A stretch of 64,000 nucleotides of DNA from Octopus sinensis. Lineage: Eukaryota. Below, one piece after another: positions 13,705 to 29,774 of this stretch. Under the pieces are notes generated by a model. That model ran no database searches. It saw only the letters and a program-made list of their open reading frames with translations, and was not told where the DNA came from. Position numbers and translations under genes: made by a program. The stretch covers positions 158,968,001 through 159,032,000 of the forward strand of contig NC_042997.1 in the NCBI RefSeq assembly GCF_006345805.1. The letters run 5' to 3'. Positions within the stretch are counted from its first letter, which is position 1. The number at the start of each line of letters is the position of its first letter.

Positions 13705-14095
13705 TTATTTCTAATTGATGTATCAATACCGGCAGATGACAACGTTTCTCTAAAAGAAATGGAGAAACTCTCAAAATACAAAGACCTGGAAATAGAGGTA
13801 ACCAGAATGTGGATTCTAAAAACAGAAACAATTTCTATCATAGTAGGTGCATTAGGCATGATAAAAAATATTCAGACAAATACATAACAAAAACACCAGG
13901 ACTTACAAACACATGTAACATACAGAAAATTGCACTCCTAGGCACTGCACACATCCTACGCAGAACACTTTCCATACAATAACCATCAGAACATCACAAC
14001 ATACCTAATGCACACAGAACATCACAACATACCTAAGGCACACAGAGCTGCGCTCGGTAGTGAAGTGAAAGCACGCTATAAAAATAAAACTACTG
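13700..14095 (+). mobile_element. family A 5'-truncated copy A2 (head-to-head with A1)
   Basis: Same C-terminal coding region and 3' UTR as A1, with a small tandem duplication in the UTR; (TAA)n on both sides. Confidence 0.92.
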
Positions 14096-14124
14096 AATAA
14101 TAATAATAATAATAATAACAATAA

Positions 14125-14242
14125 TTTTCTAAGTGAACAGTCTGGTGTGCTTATGTTTTGACCTAATAATGTATACAATGAGTTTCTTTCCCGTGGGTGT
14201 CGGGAAGACATTTAGCTAGTATACAAACAAAATTTAAAGACA
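14125..14242 (+). mobile_element. short 3' UTR fragment of a family B-related element
   Basis: aatgtatacaatgagtttctttcccgtgggtgtcgggaagaca resembles the family B 3' UTR (aatgtatactatgagtttctttgccctaggagtcgggaagaca); flanked by (TAA)n. Confidence 0.65.
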
Positions 14243-14303
<61 letters not shown>

Positions 14304-16217
14304 GAAATAATAGAAACGAAATTATGTATTTTGACTCGATATTATCTCCACCTCTAACACAACACATGTAAACATGCGTGGAACAACACGATCATCCCCG
14401 ACCTCAAACACCATGTACAAAGGAACTACGAAGAAATTAAATGCCACCGATACTATTCAACCCAAGAATAACAATCGAGCGGTACGTACATTAAACCTAC
14501 AACAAAAAATGTACAAAAAACTACACGTGCGAAATAATGTGACAACAGAAATAAACGGACCGGTACCCTACGAAAATGACGACCGTCAAAATAATGGGCC
14601 GGACGTTGTACCTCATGTCCCGCAATTAAAACCCAAAAGACGTAAATGGACACGTGAGGAATACATTTCTATCTTACACGCATACTTCACAGCAATGCTC
14701 TACCCACAAAATGAAAATACAACAACACATACATATAAAATATGGAAGGAAAATAATAGAGATATAGACTTGGATACAGCAATGAACCCTAATAAATTAG
14801 CTAACGTACGAAGATACATTCTCAAAGCCAAAAAAATATCAGAAATAGAAATAGAACATTTAAAAGAAAAAATACACCAGGAAAATGTAGATAGGAGCCA
14901 CACAACAATGCCCAATAATATAAACACTGAAACTGTAAAACACGAAGACAAACGCAACATTCCCAACAAACACGATATAAACAACGAAGGGGAGCCTAAT
15001 GAATATGATAATATAAAAAATAAAATAATCAAAGAACTGAAAACCACAGAGCCCAAAATGGACCACCGACCATACCTCCCAAGAATAAAAATAAACGCAA
15101 TAACAACACCAATTATAAACAACATAAACCTAGCCGTCACTGAACTAGCCACTGAAACAAAAAAAGTGATATCACTGAACTAAATGACTTGATATACGCA
15201 GCAGCCACTGCAGCCACAAAAGAAGCTGGATACTCACCCAAACCCGCCCAAACAGGAGTACCACCACCCAAACAAACCCTGTGGATAAATAACATCCAAA
15301 ACAAAATACAAAACATAAGAAAAGATCTGTCGATTCTTAATGAAATCAGTAGACAATCAACGCTACTGAGCAACAAAAAGAAAACAAAAATACTCCGCAA
15401 ATACAACATCACACAAAAAGATTTACCTGAGATAAAAGAAAAGCTAAAGCAAGATATCCTTGCCAAAGCGCAAAGGATCCACCGGTACGAGAAACGCCAG
15501 CGCTTCTTTGAACAAAACAAAAAGTTCAACTCCAACCCCAAAAAGTTCTATCAAGAACTTGGCAAAAATAAAATAGAAATCACTGCAGCACCAACGGCAG
15601 AAGTGGAAGAATTCTGGAGAGAAATATGGTCGGTGAACGAACAACCAAACAAAAGGAGTATTGAAATAACAAACTCAGCATCTGAGCAACTTTGGACCCC
15701 CATAACAACTGAAGAGGTCACCCAGGGACTGCAAATACTAAGCAACTGGAAGGCACCTGGGCATGACAAGATCCCAAACTTCTGGTTGAAATATCTAACA
15801 GGAATGCACAAAAAGCTGGCTGAAACTTTTAACAACATACTAGCAGAGCCAGAGATAACGCCTAAATGGCTCACGAAGGGGAAAACCATCTAAATTCCCA
15901 AATCAAATGAGACAGCAAAACCAGAAAACTACAGACCCAGTGATATCGCAAAGGTTGATCAAGCACCTGGACGAAAACAACCTGTTTCCAGAAGAGCAGA
16001 AAGGATGCCGCAAAGGATCATACGGCTGTAAAGATCAACTAATGATCAATAAAGCCGTAACTGAAGACAGCCACAGAAAGAAGAAAGGCCTCACTATGGC
16101 CTGGATCGACTACAAAAAGTCGTTTGATAGCATCCCACACACATGGATCCTCGAAACACTAGCCATTAACAAAGTAGCACCAACAATCATAAAATTCATT
16201 GGGCACTCTATGAATAA

Positions 16218-17066
16218 ATGGCAAACAGTGCTACAGCTCCAAAAAAAGAGGGACTCATGAAAACCAAAGACATCCCCATTAGAAGAGGAATATTCCAGGT
16301 AGACACGCTCTCTCCACTCCTTTTCTGCTTGGCAATGTCACCTCTATCTGATATGCTAAATAGAACTGGATGTGGATATAAATATTACGGCAAAACGATC
16401 AGCCACCTTTTATATATGGATGACCTAAAACTATACGCTGCAAATGACAAACAGCTGGAAACACTATTAAAGACAGTTCATGGATTTACCAAAGAAATAG
16501 ATATGAAATTTGGATTAGAAAAATGCGCCAAAGTAACCATGAAAAGAGGAAAACTAGTTAAGAGAAGCAACATCACACTAGATAAAATCAATGAAATAAA
16601 AGAATTAGACCAAAGCCAAACTTACAAATACTTAGGAATCCATGAACTAGATAAGATACAACACACACAAATGAAAGAGAAAATAAAAAAAGAATATTAT
16701 AGACGAGTTAGATCAATACTAAAAACAGAGCTCAATGCTAAAAACAGGATAATAGGTATCAACACTTTAGCTGTCCCAGTTATAAGTTACAGCTACAATA
16801 TCCTTAACTGGACACTAAATGAACTGACCAAAATAGATAGGAAAACAAGAAAAATAATGACAGGATCTAGGATGCATCACCCAAACTCTGACATAGAAAG
16901 ACTATATATACAACGTATAGAAGGTGGTAGAGGCCTTATACAGCTGGAAAACTACTATAAAATAACCACAATAGGACTGCAAAAATATCTACTTCAGAAG
17001 GAAGGAAAACTGATACAAATAGCGGCAAAACACGAGCAAAACAAAAAAACTGTTCTCAGTATTTAA
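16218..17066 (+). pseudogene. reverse transcriptase core and thumb of copy A3
   Basis: SHLLYMDDLKLYA, YKYLG and GGRGL motifs in the ORF translation. Confidence 0.93.
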
Positions 17067-17115
17067 GGAAGCTGACAAATACAGACAAGAAATCATACCA
17101 CCTAACAAATATAAA

Positions 17116-17256
17116 GAAGAAGAAGAAGAAGAAGAAGAAGAAGAAGAAGAAGAAGAAGAAGAAGAAGAAGAAGAAGAAGAAGAAGAAGAAGAAGAAGAAG
17201 AAGAAGAAGAAGAAGAAGAAGAAGAAGAAGAAGAAGAAGAAGAAGAAGAAGAAGAA
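17116..17256 (+). repeat. (GAA)47 expansion inside the coding region of A3
   Basis: 141 bp of pure GAA; the homologous site in A5 (about 24165-24187) is only EEEEDDEE. Confidence 0.95.
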
Positions 17257-18176
17257 ACAACAAAAGCTATAAAACAAATGAAATCCAAACTAAAACTAGA
17301 ACAGCAAAGAACCATGATAAAACGATGGCAAGAAAAACCCCTTCACGGTAAATACTGGACTAAACTAAATGCAAAAGAAATAGACAAAGAAAAATCCCAG
17401 CAATGGTTGAGAAGCTCAGGACTCAAAGCAGACACAGAGGGATTTTTAATTGCAGCACAAGACCAGAAATTACCAAAAACATGTAATGAAAAGAAATATA
17501 ACAAGTAACTGCAGAATATGTGGAGATGGACAAGAAACAATAAATTATATTATCTCTGGCTGCCCAGTCCTGGCTAAGAAGGAATATATTCATAGACATG
17601 ACAGAGTTGAAACCTACATACACTGGAAGCTATGCCAACATTATGGAATAACAACAGAAAAAAGATGGTATAGGCAGACAACAGAAAAGGTCACAGAAAA
17701 CGAGAAAGCAACCATACTCTGGGATATGCCGATACACACAGATAGAGAAATTAAGGCCAACAGACCAGATATAGTTGTCAGAGATCATGAAGAAAAAAGA
17801 TGCTTTCTAATTGATGTATCAATACCGGCAGATGACAACGTGTCTCTAAATGAAATGGAGAAACTTTCAAAAAAGATAGACCTGGAAATAGAGGTAACCA
17901 GAATGTGGAATCTAAAAACAGAAACAATTCCTATCATAGTAGGTGCATTAGGCATGATAAAAAATATTCAGACAAATATATAACAAAAACACCAGTACTT
18001 ACAAACACATATAACATACAGAAAATTGCACTACTAGCCACTGCACACATTCAACGCAGAGCACTTTCCATACAATAACCATCAGAGCATCACAACATAT
18101 CACAGCACATACCAAAGGCACACAGAGCTGCGCTCGGTAGTGAAGTGAAAGCACGCTATAAAAAATAAAACTACTG

Positions 18177-19428
<1,252 letters not shown>

Positions 19429-19432
19429 TAAC

Positions 19433-19483
<51 letters not shown>

Positions 19484-19484
<1 letters not shown>

Positions 19485-20566
19485 TACTATCATAAAGGAA
19501 AGCAAAAAATTTGCTAGTGATCTCGTGCAGGATACCCAAACTGAACAACCCGAGGGAAGTATGGCAACTATTGTTGCAAAGAAGGTGAAAATGATGGCAA
19601 TGAAAAAAGCGCACGAGCAATTGGCTGATAGGTGGGAGGAGAAACCTCTGCACGGCAAATATGTGACCCGCAGCAAACAAGCTGATGTTGACCAGAAGCA
19701 AACCCATCAGTGGCTACGGAGCTCAGGGCTAAAAGCAGAGAGCGAAGGTTTCATCCTGGCTGCTCAAGATCAAAGCCTATTAACCCGGAACTACCAGGCC
19801 AATGTGATGAAAAATGGAGCAGACCCAAAATGCCGATTCTGCAACGACATGATTGAAACAGTGGACCACCTAATCTCTGGATGTAAAGTCTTAGCACCAG
19901 TGGAGTATAAATTAAGACATGACAGAGTTGGCCAATATCTACACTGGATAATAAGTCGGCATTACAATATCAAAACTGCCGACAAGTGGTATAATCACCA
20001 CCCTGAGGCTGTAACTGAAGGAGAAAATGTAACCATTCTGTGGGTCTTTCCAGTACATACAGACCGAACCATCAAGGCCAATAAACCAGATATTGTTGTG
20101 AAAGACCAAAACAATAAAGTTTGCTTATTGATCGACATGAGCATCTCCTGTGATCATAATATCTCAGCGAAAGAGTTTGACAAGCTCAGAAAATATAAAG
20201 ACCTACTCATTGAAATTGAGAAAATGTGGCATCTCAAGGCGGTTACAATACCAGTGATCGTAGGAGCACTAGGAATGATCAAGAAGGGAACCGAAAATTA
20301 TATGAGAATGATCCCTGGCTTACCATCCCTGCAAGAAGTGCAAAAGATTGTCTTAACTGGTACATCACACGTATTGAGGAGAGCATTGTCGATGTGAGAA
20401 CTGTTGCTGCTCATGTATTTTAATTTAACTTAAAAAAAAAAAAAAAAGAACGAACTATTGAGTTTTGTTTAATGGCCTACCAATGTATACTATGAGTTTC
20501 TTTGCCCTAGGAGTCGGGAAGACACTCGGCAAGAAATGGAAGCAAATTTGAAAGAAGAAAAAAAAA
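19484..20566 (+). mobile_element. R4/Dong-type family B, 5'-truncated copy B2
   Basis: Contains the uninterrupted ORF 19525..20397; 3' UTR then (TAA)n. Confidence 0.93.
19525..20397 (+). CDS. C-terminal 290 aa of an RLE retrotransposon protein (CCHC knuckle plus PD-(D/E)xK endonuclease), 5'-truncated
   Basis: W.EKPLHG, AAQDQSLLTRNY, CRFC..ETVDHLISGC, RHD, KPDIVV..IDMS..KEFDKLRKYKDL, PVIVGALG. Confidence 0.85.
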   Translation: MQDTQTEQPEGSMATIVAKKVKMMAMKKAHEQLADRWEEKPLHGKYVTRSKQADVDQKQTHQWLRSSGLKAESEGFILAAQDQSLLTRNYQANVMKNGADPKCRFCNDMIETVDHLISGCKVLAPVEYKLRHDRVGQYLHWIISRHYNIKTADKWYNHHPEAVTEGENVTILWVFPVHTDRTIKANKPDIVVKDQNNKVCLLIDMSISCDHNISAKEFDKLRKYKDLLIEIEKMWHLKAVTIPVIVGALGMIKKGTENYMRMIPGLPSLQEVQKIVLTGTSHVLRRALSM

Positions 20567-20570
20567 TAAC

Positions 20571-20654
<84 letters not shown>

Positions 20655-20656
<2 letters not shown>

Positions 20657-21212
20657 ATGCACTGATGCAGTACCAGACAGTGGTTCTCATGGCTCCTGAT
20701 CTTAACTGATTGGAAGTGCTATCATGTACATTGTTTTTCTTGGTATAAAAGATGGGCTACAACAAATATTCTGTTCAATACCACAGATTTGCTTGCCAGT
20801 TGTTTGGCCTTAACCAGTTGACCATGTCCCTTAGTGGCTGACGATATGTGCAACTCTGATCACAAGTAGAAGTAGTGGGGGGAGCATCCTAGCCGTGTAT
20901 TGAAGGAAATTCTTAGAGTTTGGGATAATTCACCTTTGGAAACATGGGTGGTTCGTTCAACATCCTTAAACAATTCTTATTCAGGGACCTTTTCAGTGGG
21001 ATGGGTTACTCGACCAGAGGAAAATTCTAATTGAGCCCCACCTGCAAGGTCATGTGCTGTTTATCTTGATATGAGATCACCATGTCAAGCACATATGGCT
21101 GTGGTGCATGTTCCTGGTGTACCCTTATCAGACGAGTAGTCATGATGGGTATACTGGGTTTCATATATTTTACCCCAGTGTCCCTTTGATGGCATGCACT
21201 GCTCTTTCACTC
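20655..21212 (+). mobile_element. non-coding ~560-bp element inserted in (TAA)n (copy S1)
   Basis: Reverse-complement homologue at 60047-60510 and a fragment at about 47980-48140; no ORF; (TAA)n on both sides. Confidence 0.85.
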
Positions 21213-21246
<34 letters not shown>

Positions 21247-21249
21247 TTG

Positions 21250-21305
<56 letters not shown>

Positions 21306-21342
21306 AATATTAATGATAATGATAATAATGATAATGATAAGG

Positions 21343-21403
<61 letters not shown>

Positions 21404-21502
21404 TAATAATAATAATAATGATAATAATAATGATGATAATAATGATGATGATGATGATGATGATGATGACGACGACGTCGACGACGACGACGACGATAAT
21501 GT

Positions 21503-21550
<48 letters not shown>
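21213..21550. repeat. compound (AAT)n/(GAT)n/(GAC)n microsatellite
   Basis: Direct reading. Confidence 0.95.
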
Positions 21551-21552
<2 letters not shown>

Positions 21553-22292
21553 GCAGCACAAGACCAAATTCTCCCCACCAGAAATTACCAAAAACATGTA
21601 ATGAAAAGAAATATAACAAGTAACTGCAGAATATGTGAAGATGGACAAGAAACAATAAATCATATTATCTCTAGCTGCCCAGTCCTGGCTAAGAAGGAAT
21701 ATATTCACAGACATGACAGAGTTGGAACCTACATACACTGGAAGCTATGCCAACATTATAGAATAACAACAGAAAAAAGATGGTATAGGCACACACCAGA
21801 AAAGGTCACAGAAAACGAGAAAGCAACCATACTCTGGGATATGCCGATACACACAGATAGAGAAATTAAGGCCAACAGACCACATATAGTTGTCAGAGAT
21901 CATGAAGAAAAAAAATGCTTTCTAATTGATGTATCAATACCGGCAGATGACAACGTGTCTCTAAATGAAATGGAGAAACTTTCAAAAAGGATAGACCTGG
22001 AAATAGAGGTAACCAGAATGTGGAATCTAAAAACAGAAACAATTCCTATCATAGTAGGTGCATTAGGCATGATAAAAAAATATTCAGACAAATATATAAC
22101 AAAAATACCAGGACTTACAAACACATATAACATACAGAAAATTGCACTACTAGCCACTGCAAACATCCGACGCAGAACACTTTCCATACAATAACCATCA
22201 GAGCATCACAACAAATCACAGCACATACCCAAGTCACACAGAGCTGTGCTCGGTAATGAAGTGAAAGCACGCTATAAAAAATAAAACTACTG
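21551..22292 (+). mobile_element. family A 5'-truncated copy A4
   Basis: AAQDQ..TRNY through RRTLSIQ in ORF 21247..22194, plus the family A 3' UTR. Confidence 0.93.
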
Positions 22293-22314
22293 AATAATAG
22301 GAATAATAATGATA

Positions 22315-22404
<90 letters not shown>

Positions 22405-22419
22405 GTGATAATAATAATA

Positions 22420-25182
<2,763 letters not shown>

Positions 25183-25214
25183 TAATAATAATAATAATAA
25201 TAACAATAATAATA

Positions 25215-25630
25215 TTGGAGTATAAATCATGATATGACAGAGCTGGCCAATATCTTGGTTAATATACCGGCATTATAAATCAAAAATGTTGAAAATGCTA
25301 TGAGCACCAGTCCGAGGTTGTTACTGAGGGAGAATATGCAACAATTCTTTAGAGGTTCCTGTGTATACAGACAGAATCATTAAAACCAATAAACCGGATA
25401 TGGTCGTGAAAAACCAAAAGAATAAAGTATGTTTATTGATCGACATGAGCATCCGTGTAAGCACAACATTTCGGCAAAAGAATTTGACAAGCTGAGGAAA
25501 TATAAAGCTTTGTTCATTGAAATCAAAAGAAGATAGCGGTTACAATATCAGTGATTGTAGGAGCACTTGGGGTGATCAAAAAAGGAATTGAAAATTATTT
25601 GTGAATGATCCCTGGTTTACCATCCATGCT
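25215..25630 (+). mobile_element. older, diverged family B-related 3' fragment
   Basis: Nucleotide similarity to B2 (..aataaaccggatatggtcgtg..ttgatcgacatgagcatc..gaatttgacaagctgaggaaatataaag..). Confidence 0.8.
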
Positions 25631-25785
25631 AGTCAATTACATCGACCCCAGTGCTTAACTGGTACTTACATTAACGACCTCGAAAGGATGAACGGCAAAG
25701 TCAACATCAGTGGCATTTGAAGTCAGAATGTAAAGTCAGAAGAAATAGCGCTGCTTGACATTCTGAGCGCAAATGTTGCCGGGAA
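25631..25785 (-). mobile_element. tRNA-related SINE (family 2)
   Basis: Reverse-complement similarity to 27343-27568. Confidence 0.7.
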
Positions 25786-25789
25786 AATA

Positions 25790-27260
25790 ATAAGGAAGAG
25801 AAAACTGGCGGCAGCGACTTAGGTGAAGCAGATCAGATTTTAGACGAGTTGAAGGAAGTATTGAGAAAAGAAGAATGGAAAAGACGACCAGGATTAAAAT
25901 GTGTTAATAGAAGGAATTTACTAGATATTTCAAAGAAAGTAGATTCTTTTATCATTATGATTAATACTAGATATATAGGTAACACTGACTTATTGATTTA
26001 TGCAACAGGGGTAGTGGTTATTAGTAGACTAGGTATTCCACAAGAAAAGAATGGGAAGATGCAGACATGGAAAAGAAGATTAGAAAGTAAAGCGAAGGAT
26101 TTAAGGCAAGAATGGAACCTTGGAAACAGGACAAGATGGAAAACACAAAACTTAAATCTTCTTTTGAGAAAAATACTTAGAAAAGATTTGGGATAGTCAT
26201 TGAAGAGCTGAAACAGCATAAAGCGATAGCAGGTAAGCTTTTCAGATGTTAGAAAAGAGTAGATCAGTATCAACAGAACAGATAGTTTGAAACAGATTTT
26301 TATCGCCGAATGAATAATGTAGAAGAAAGTACTGAAGTCGAGAAGCCTAATGCAGAAGAAGCTTGAAAGTTTTGATATCTGGAATAAGCCAGCCAGTTAA
26401 TTATAATGACGATACAGCATGGTTAAAGAAAGTGAGGGAATAAGTAATTAGTAAGGAGCAACCAGATCTAAAGCTAACTAGTGTATTAATGATGAAAGAG
26501 TTTGGAAGAATGCCAAATTGCAATGACCCAGGACCAGATTTAGTTCGAGGGTATTGGCCGAAGAAATCTAGAAACTTACATGAGGCAATGTGGGAACAGC
26601 TTCAGGGTTGCCTGAATTGAAGATTGTCTAACTAGACGACTAGGAGAACAGCACTCTTTATGAAATAGAAAATCGAGGGTAATATAGGTAGAAATTACAG
26701 ACTAAGCACTTGCTTCCCATTATCAGGAATGCTCTCAAAAAAGCGTTTATGAGCATCTTGACAGCCAGAATTTACTTCCAGAAGAAAGAAGAAGGCTAAA
26801 GGAATACATGGTGTATTTTACATAGACAAAGCAGTTCTAAAAGAAGAGAAATCTAGAGAGAAAGATTTAACGATAGCATGGAGAAATTATAAGAAAACCT
26901 ATGAAAGTGAATGCTTGAGTATATTCATTATTGCCCTCCATCTAAGAATATCTGAAGGAGGAATATTATTCCGAAGTATCATATCAGACTATGGATGACT
27001 AAATTACAACAGGTATATAGCCCATTGTCTGTATTATTGTGCATTGTTATACCATTCAAAACTTTATATTCTTTATTGACAACATAAGATATTTAATTAG
27101 CTATAGCATGAAGAAATGGAGATAAGATTTTTACTAAGGTTATGAAACCTTAGAGAAAGTTGATATCAAGAGAGGATTTTTCTAGGGAAACTTATTACCC
27201 CCTTTAATATTTGTGTTGTGTCTAATGCCCCGTAGTTTAGTATTAAGAAAGGTAAGCTGG
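25790..27260 (+). mobile_element. degenerate R4/Dong-type element (family E): linker and RT N-half
   Basis: ORF 25849..26196 (LLIYATGVVV..WKRRLESKAKDLRQ), then broken PN..DPGPD.V.GYW, NY R..TC.P, IDKAVLKE and DIKRG motifs. Confidence 0.75.
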
Positions 27261-27342
27261 TTTACAAAACACGTGAATGAATGTATATACGAGAAAGTAC
27301 ACTTCATTTTGCACATCCTCATCGTTATAATGTGTTGTCAGA

Positions 27343-27568
27343 AGGCGGCGAGCTGGCAGAAACGTTAGCGTGCCGGGCGAAATGCTTAGCGGTATTTCGT
27401 CTGTCGTTAGGTTGAGTTCAAATTCCGCCGAGGTCGACTTTGCCTTTCATCCTTTCGGGGTCGATAAAGTACCAGTTTCGTACTGGAGTCGATGTAATCG
27501 ACTTAATCTCTTTGTCTGTCTTTGTTTGTCCCCTCTATGTTTAATCCCTTCTGTGTATTAAAGAAATA
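27343..27568 (+). mobile_element. tRNA-related SINE (family 2), reference copy
   Basis: Head ggcggcgagctggcagaaacgttag.. with B-box-like GAGTTCAAATTCC; about ten homologues in the window. Confidence 0.85.
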
Positions 27569-28309
27569 TATAATGTGTTGTCACTCCGCAGTAATGAGTT
27601 ATATTAAAGCTTGTATCTTGACAGAAATGCCAGCAACGTATCCCTGGATTGAATTCTGTTATAAAACATTGAAGTGAAACAGAAAATGTACATGTGAGTT
27701 ATTTTTTATAATTTTCGGAAATTTTTTCTAAGTTGTAAATAGTCATTTTTAGTTCTTGTTAGTACATTGTGAAACATATAGGCGATAAAATTCTGGACAA
27801 TCAAATAAGATGTCTGTAATCTGTAAAATATTTTAAGTATATTAGTGTACACTATAATATATATTACCCATGAGTAGTGCTTTACATTACCCTTGGGCAA
27901 TGCACAGAGATATGAGTCACTATTCTAAACTGTTTCGGAACAGCTGAGTCATTCGTTTCCAACCAGCATTGAAATTAATTCCACCAATCAATAGCCAATT
28001 CAAGGAGAAAATTTATGCTATCCGCTAGGGAAACTGGGGATAAAACACGACCTCGTGTGTCATTGTAATTCAGGAAAGGATTTCGTATAATGTTCGGATC
28101 TACGCACCATTTATCTAAATATTAATAGTATCAGCTAGAAGTTAACGTCAAACAATATAATTCTGTCACTTCAGCCCTAATAATATGGGCCTTGTGTATT
28201 GTTAAAAATATCATTATTCATATTTTCAGTGGTAATATTTCGGGAAAGCTTTAGCGTTTCCACGTTGTAATATCAAAATAATGAGTAAGACGCAAACTGT
28301 TTTCCTATA

Positions 28310-28352
28310 GATAAATAGATAGAGAGAGAGAGAGAGGGGGGTATAAATAAAT

Positions 28353-28386
<34 letters not shown>

Positions 28387-28446
28387 GGGGGTTATAAATA
28401 AATAGATAGATAGACAGACAGACAGATAGCTAGCTAGCTATCTATC

Positions 28447-28515
<69 letters not shown>
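28310..28515. repeat. (GATA)n/(GA)n compound microsatellite
   Basis: Direct reading. Confidence 0.95.
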
Positions 28516-28516
<1 letters not shown>

Positions 28517-28637
28517 TATGTGAAATGAGGAAGTATGAGAAGAGAAGACAAGTTTATTATTTCGATATGTTAAAATTAGTATTAATATGCATTTAACACT
28601 AATGTGCATTACTTAGCGTAATATAATTCAACAAAAA

Positions 28638-28830
28638 TGGCGAGCTGGCAGAATCGTTAGCACGCTGGACGGAATGCCCGTCGCTACGTTCTGAGTTCAA
28701 ATTCCGCCGGGGTTAACTTTACCTTTCATGTTTCGGGGTCGATAAATTAAGTACCAGTGAAATCGATCGATGTAATCGACTTGTTCTTCCCGCCAAATTT
28801 CAGGCCTCGTGTTTATAGTAGAAAGTACTA
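28638..28830 (+). mobile_element. SINE family 2 copy
   Basis: Similarity to 27343-27568. Confidence 0.8.
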
Positions 28831-29774
28831 TATAATGCAGCCTTATATTCACATAGAGCAAACTAAGTTATCTGATCATGTGTACCGGAATACCATGGAG
28901 ACATTTCGGATTCAGCTTTGTCACAAACAAACCCCAGTGTTGCCTTCTGAGTTCAAATACCATTGTGGCTAAGCTGCGTCCGTTGCCCGTTTTGACACAG
29001 AGACCTGATCCTTGAACGCCTTCAGCGAAGTGCAATCTTTTGATCTACTCATTAAATTATATCGTGTAATTTGAAATTTAAAATTCTTTTACAATTAGAT
29101 TCTTTTACAATCTTTAATTGCTTTTTACATAACTTTGTACCACACCAATTCTAAATGAATTGAACTAGCTAAATTAATTTTATTAATTTATAAGGCAAAC
29201 ACATTATAACTTCTCTTTGTAATTTGTAAATTTTAATAACGCATTTTGATAGACACACTTTTGTATCTAATTTCTAAGTCATTCACTCTTACTTTATTTT
29301 TTTTCTTTCGGACTACAATGCAATTTCTCTAAAGTTTTCATATAAAACATGCAACATTGTTCACAAATCCAGAGAAATATATCACGACAGGTTTCTTGCA
29401 GAAATCTTCTAAGAGTAACATAAATTCCATTAAGTTATCAGTCACTTCGGTTAAATAATTTTCCATGTTATTCTTATTCTCGTTCTCATTTTAATTGAAA
29501 TGCTTTTGCACACTCAACGAGACCTATTGCATTTCTCTTTACATCCTCATTAAATACCTGTCTATAAAGCTACTCAGTTACAAGTTTTCAATAATTCTTT
29601 TCTTAAATTTACATTAAGATTGTGGAGCTGGAAATTATATTCTCCATCTTAGGTTACACTCAATTTCACACTTTATACGTTATAGACATTTTCTTATTTT
29701 TACCCACTCTATCATTTAAACAATACCGTTTATACGCTTAACACACATGTGCAACAATTTCACTGTAAAATACT

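Larger units (their letters stand above)
14304..18176 (+). mobile_element. near full-length R4/Dong-type retrotransposon, family A copy A3
   Basis: One ancestral ORF broken into 14374..15183, 15189..15893, 15907..16260, 16218..17066, 17278..17508 and 17450..17983. It carries an N-terminal RKWTREE..IL.AY domain, RT (APGHDKI, GIFQ.D.LSPLLF, YMDDLKL), CRICGDGQETINYIISGC knuckle and RPD..D..K endonuclease; (TAA)n at both ends. Confidence 0.95.

Noticed and set aside
14304-14373. HDV-like ribozyme at the 5' end of the near full-length element A3
   Set aside because: The 70-nt leader is AT-rich and I found no P1/P2/P3 pairing; the true 5' end may be missing.
14453-15889. Antisense ORFs over element A3 (for example 14700..15152, 15137..15541)
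   Set aside because: They are shadows of the A-rich sense ORF; hydrophobic translations arise from T-rich antisense codons.
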